A DNA stretch of 48,987 nucleotides from Candidatus Moanibacter sp. (GTDB lineage Bacteria > Verrucomicrobiota > Verrucomicrobiia > Opitutales > UBA2987): positions 1 to 48,987 of the forward strand of contig CBDCEW010000041.1 in the NCBI GenBank assembly GCA_965215885.1, given 5' to 3'. The position numbers were made by a program, and so were the translations under genes. The notes beneath the pieces are model-generated. The model was not told the DNA's origin and searched no databases. It saw nothing but the letters and a program-made list of their open reading frames with translations. Below are positions 46,916-48,987 of the stretch, piece after piece. Position 1 is the first letter of the stretch; every line of letters begins with the position of its first letter.

Positions 46916-48832
46916 CTAGCTTAGCACTCCCGCATTCGCCGTTCGGACCGCCAGGGAATTATAGCGGCTCAGGATCCGATCAAAAATCTCTTCCGAACCC
47001 AAACCGTTGGCAACGCGCAGGTCATCCACTCCGGATCCATGGTCGATAAATCGATCCGGCCAACCAATGCGCTCCACCGGCGTACCGATACCTGCCTCAT
47101 TGCAAGTTTCAAGAACCACGCTGCCGAAACCACCGTTAAGCACATGATCCTCTATCGTCACTATGAGCTGAGAAGTGCGGGCTTGCTCAGTGAGAAGATC
47201 AACATCGATGGGCTTGGCAAACCGCGCATTTACTACTCCAACAGAAAGCCCCTCTTCCAATGCGAATCTCTTAGACAGCTTCAGCGCCTCACTCACCCAG
47301 GGACCAAGCGCCCATAGATTTATTTCGGTGCCCTCTTTAACAACCTCGGCCTCGCCGAGTTTAAGGAGGGCAGGCTCCTCCTTGATCGGCACCCCCTCGG
47401 CAGCCCCACGAGGATAGCGCATAAACGTCGGTTGCCGCGTGTGGAGACTCGTCCAGAGCATGTCAACCAGTTCATCCTCGTCCTTTGGCTGCATGACGAC
47501 GGAATTCGGCACACAACGCAGATAAGCTATATCGAAGAGACCATGATGGGTGGGCCCGTCCTGCGGGGAGAGCCCTGCCCTGTCCATACAAAAGGTGACG
47601 GGTAGATTCTGCACACCCACATCGTGTATAATCGGATCGTAGGCCCGCTGCAACATCGTCGAATAGATCGCACATACCGGCTTAAAATCCTGGGTCGACA
47701 GCCCAGCCGCAAAAAGCACTGCGTGTTCCTCTGCCATACCAACATCGAAAAATTGTTTGGGCACCTCCTTTTGGAGCAGCTGTAAGCTCGTCCCGGTAGA
47801 CATGGCGGCCGTGATTCCAACCACTTTCGGGTCTCGCTTTGCAAAACGCACCATCGCCTCTCCAAAAACTTTCTGATATTTCGGGGGCGAACCCGGCTTG
47901 CCGGGTTTGATCTTACCTGTCGCTATCTCAAATGGACTGGGGCCATGAAATGTCTCAGGATCCGCCAGAGCCGGTTCGTAACCTTTACCCTTTTTAGTTA
48001 GAATATGCAGGACAACAGGTCTGTTGTAGCTCTTACAAAATTCCAGATAGTGTGTGACAGTTCCTAAATCGTTACCGTCAATGGGGCCGAGGTAACGGAG
48101 ACCGTACTTCTCAAACAGTGAAGAGGGCACGATTAAATCTTTGGCTTCCTTCTTCGCCTTGCGACCAATCCTGATCAGGGATTTTCCCCCTGGAACCTTC
48201 TGGAGGAAAGCTTTTACGTCTTGATCGAGCCGATTATAGATCGGATTCGTAATCAGTTCGTTGAGAATCTTGGAAATCGCACCGACATTCCTGGAGATGG
48301 ACCACTCGTTATCATTTAAAACGATGATCAGCCGCTTCGTGTGGGTGACCACATTGTTGAGCGCCTCCATTGTAATTCCGCAGGTGAGACCGGCATCTCC
48401 GATTACCGCCACGACGTGCTCGTCGCTTCCCCTCAAGTCTCTCGCGGCAGCCATACCCAAAGCCGCGGATAGACCTGTGCCGGCATGACCCGCCCCGTAA
48501 CTATCGTGGGGACTCTCAGCCCGACAGAGAAACCCGCTCAGACCACCGGTCTTGCGAATATTCTTAAATTGCCTGCCATTGCGACCGGTTAGAATTTTGT
48601 GCACATACCCCTGGTGGGAGACATCGAAAGTGAACTTGTCGCGAGGCGAGTCAAATACGCGATGCAGCGCAAGAGTGAGCTCGACAACACCGAGATTGGG
48701 CCCCAGATGGCCACCATTATTGGAGGTCACCTCGATGATTTTACTTCTGATCTCCTCCGCGAGAGAAACCAGTTCCTCAAAGGTGAGAGCTTTTACGTCA
48801 GCTGGACTCTCTATTCTCTCAACGAGCGCCAT
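46916..48832 (-). CDS. dxs: 1-deoxy-D-xylulose-5-phosphate synthase
   Basis: GGHLGPNLG, DVSHQGYVHK, IGDAG...LNDN, GPIDG, AEEHAV, DRAG...DGPTHHG, RYPRG. Confidence 0.97.
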   Translation of the reverse strand: MALVERIESPADVKALTFEELVSLAEEIRSKIIEVTSNNGGHLGPNLGVVELTLALHRVFDSPRDKFTFDVSHQGYVHKILTGRNGRQFKNIRKTGGLSGFLCRAESPHDSYGAGHAGTGLSAALGMAAARDLRGSDEHVVAVIGDAGLTCGITMEALNNVVTHTKRLIIVLNDNEWSISRNVGAISKILNELITNPIYNRLDQDVKAFLQKVPGGKSLIRIGRKAKKEAKDLIVPSSLFEKYGLRYLGPIDGNDLGTVTHYLEFCKSYNRPVVLHILTKKGKGYEPALADPETFHGPSPFEIATGKIKPGKPGSPPKYQKVFGEAMVRFAKRDPKVVGITAAMSTGTSLQLLQKEVPKQFFDVGMAEEHAVLFAAGLSTQDFKPVCAIYSTMLQRAYDPIIHDVGVQNLPVTFCMDRAGLSPQDGPTHHGLFDIAYLRCVPNSVVMQPKDEDELVDMLWTSLHTRQPTFMRYPRGAAEGVPIKEEPALLKLGEAEVVKEGTEINLWALGPWVSEALKLSKRFALEEGLSVGVVNARFAKPIDVDLLTEQARTSQLIVTIEDHVLNGGFGSVVLETCNEAGIGTPVERIGWPDRFIDHGSGVDDLRVANGLGSEEIFDRILSRYNSLAVRTANAGVLS

Positions 48833-48987
48833 ATAATGTTCTCGAGGGTATTAAAAGTTGAAAACGGAAGCACAATTTAGTGTGTCAGATTAACCATATC
48901 GAGGTTAAATTTTTGAGATAAAAGTCATCTCATCATACAAGCCTCCACGCGCATTCCGTGAAAACCCTTTCCATCTATAAGACCACG

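Overview
Chromosomal window from a bacterium that looks like Verrucomicrobiota/Opitutales (inferred from gene styles and C-terminal motifs; not verified). Housekeeping genes are trkA, rhomboid, glnE, prc, prmC, prfA, an ECF sigma/zf-HC2 pair, a HAD hydrolase, a TatT-TRAP (TPAT) transporter, pdhABC, a FabF-like KAS, tRNA-Ser(GCT) and dxs. They are interspersed with a very dense mobile-DNA load. This comprises two IS66 copies, each inserted into another transposase with an 8-bp TSD; two ISAs1 copies (10-bp TSDs) whose transposase carries an N-terminal DUF4338/DruA-like domain with a Mom-like motif and is split at a C5T5 slippage motif; an interrupted IS4; four copies of a 92-bp IS200/IS605-type hairpin mini-element; several MITEs sitting on TAG stop codons; and several GTAG-type REP families, one doublet inserted in-frame in a signal peptide. 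Best candidates for undescribed biology: (i) the DUF4338/Mom-like-ISAs1 fusion with programmed slippage, (ii) a dxs-linked cluster of two paralogous radical SAM enzymes + HpnL-like membrane protein + DUF2141 (possible new hopanoid/isoprenoid-lipid tailoring pathway), and (iii) the mobile 92-bp element whose empty target site is visible in the same window. All family assignments come from reading motifs by eye; no database searches were run.
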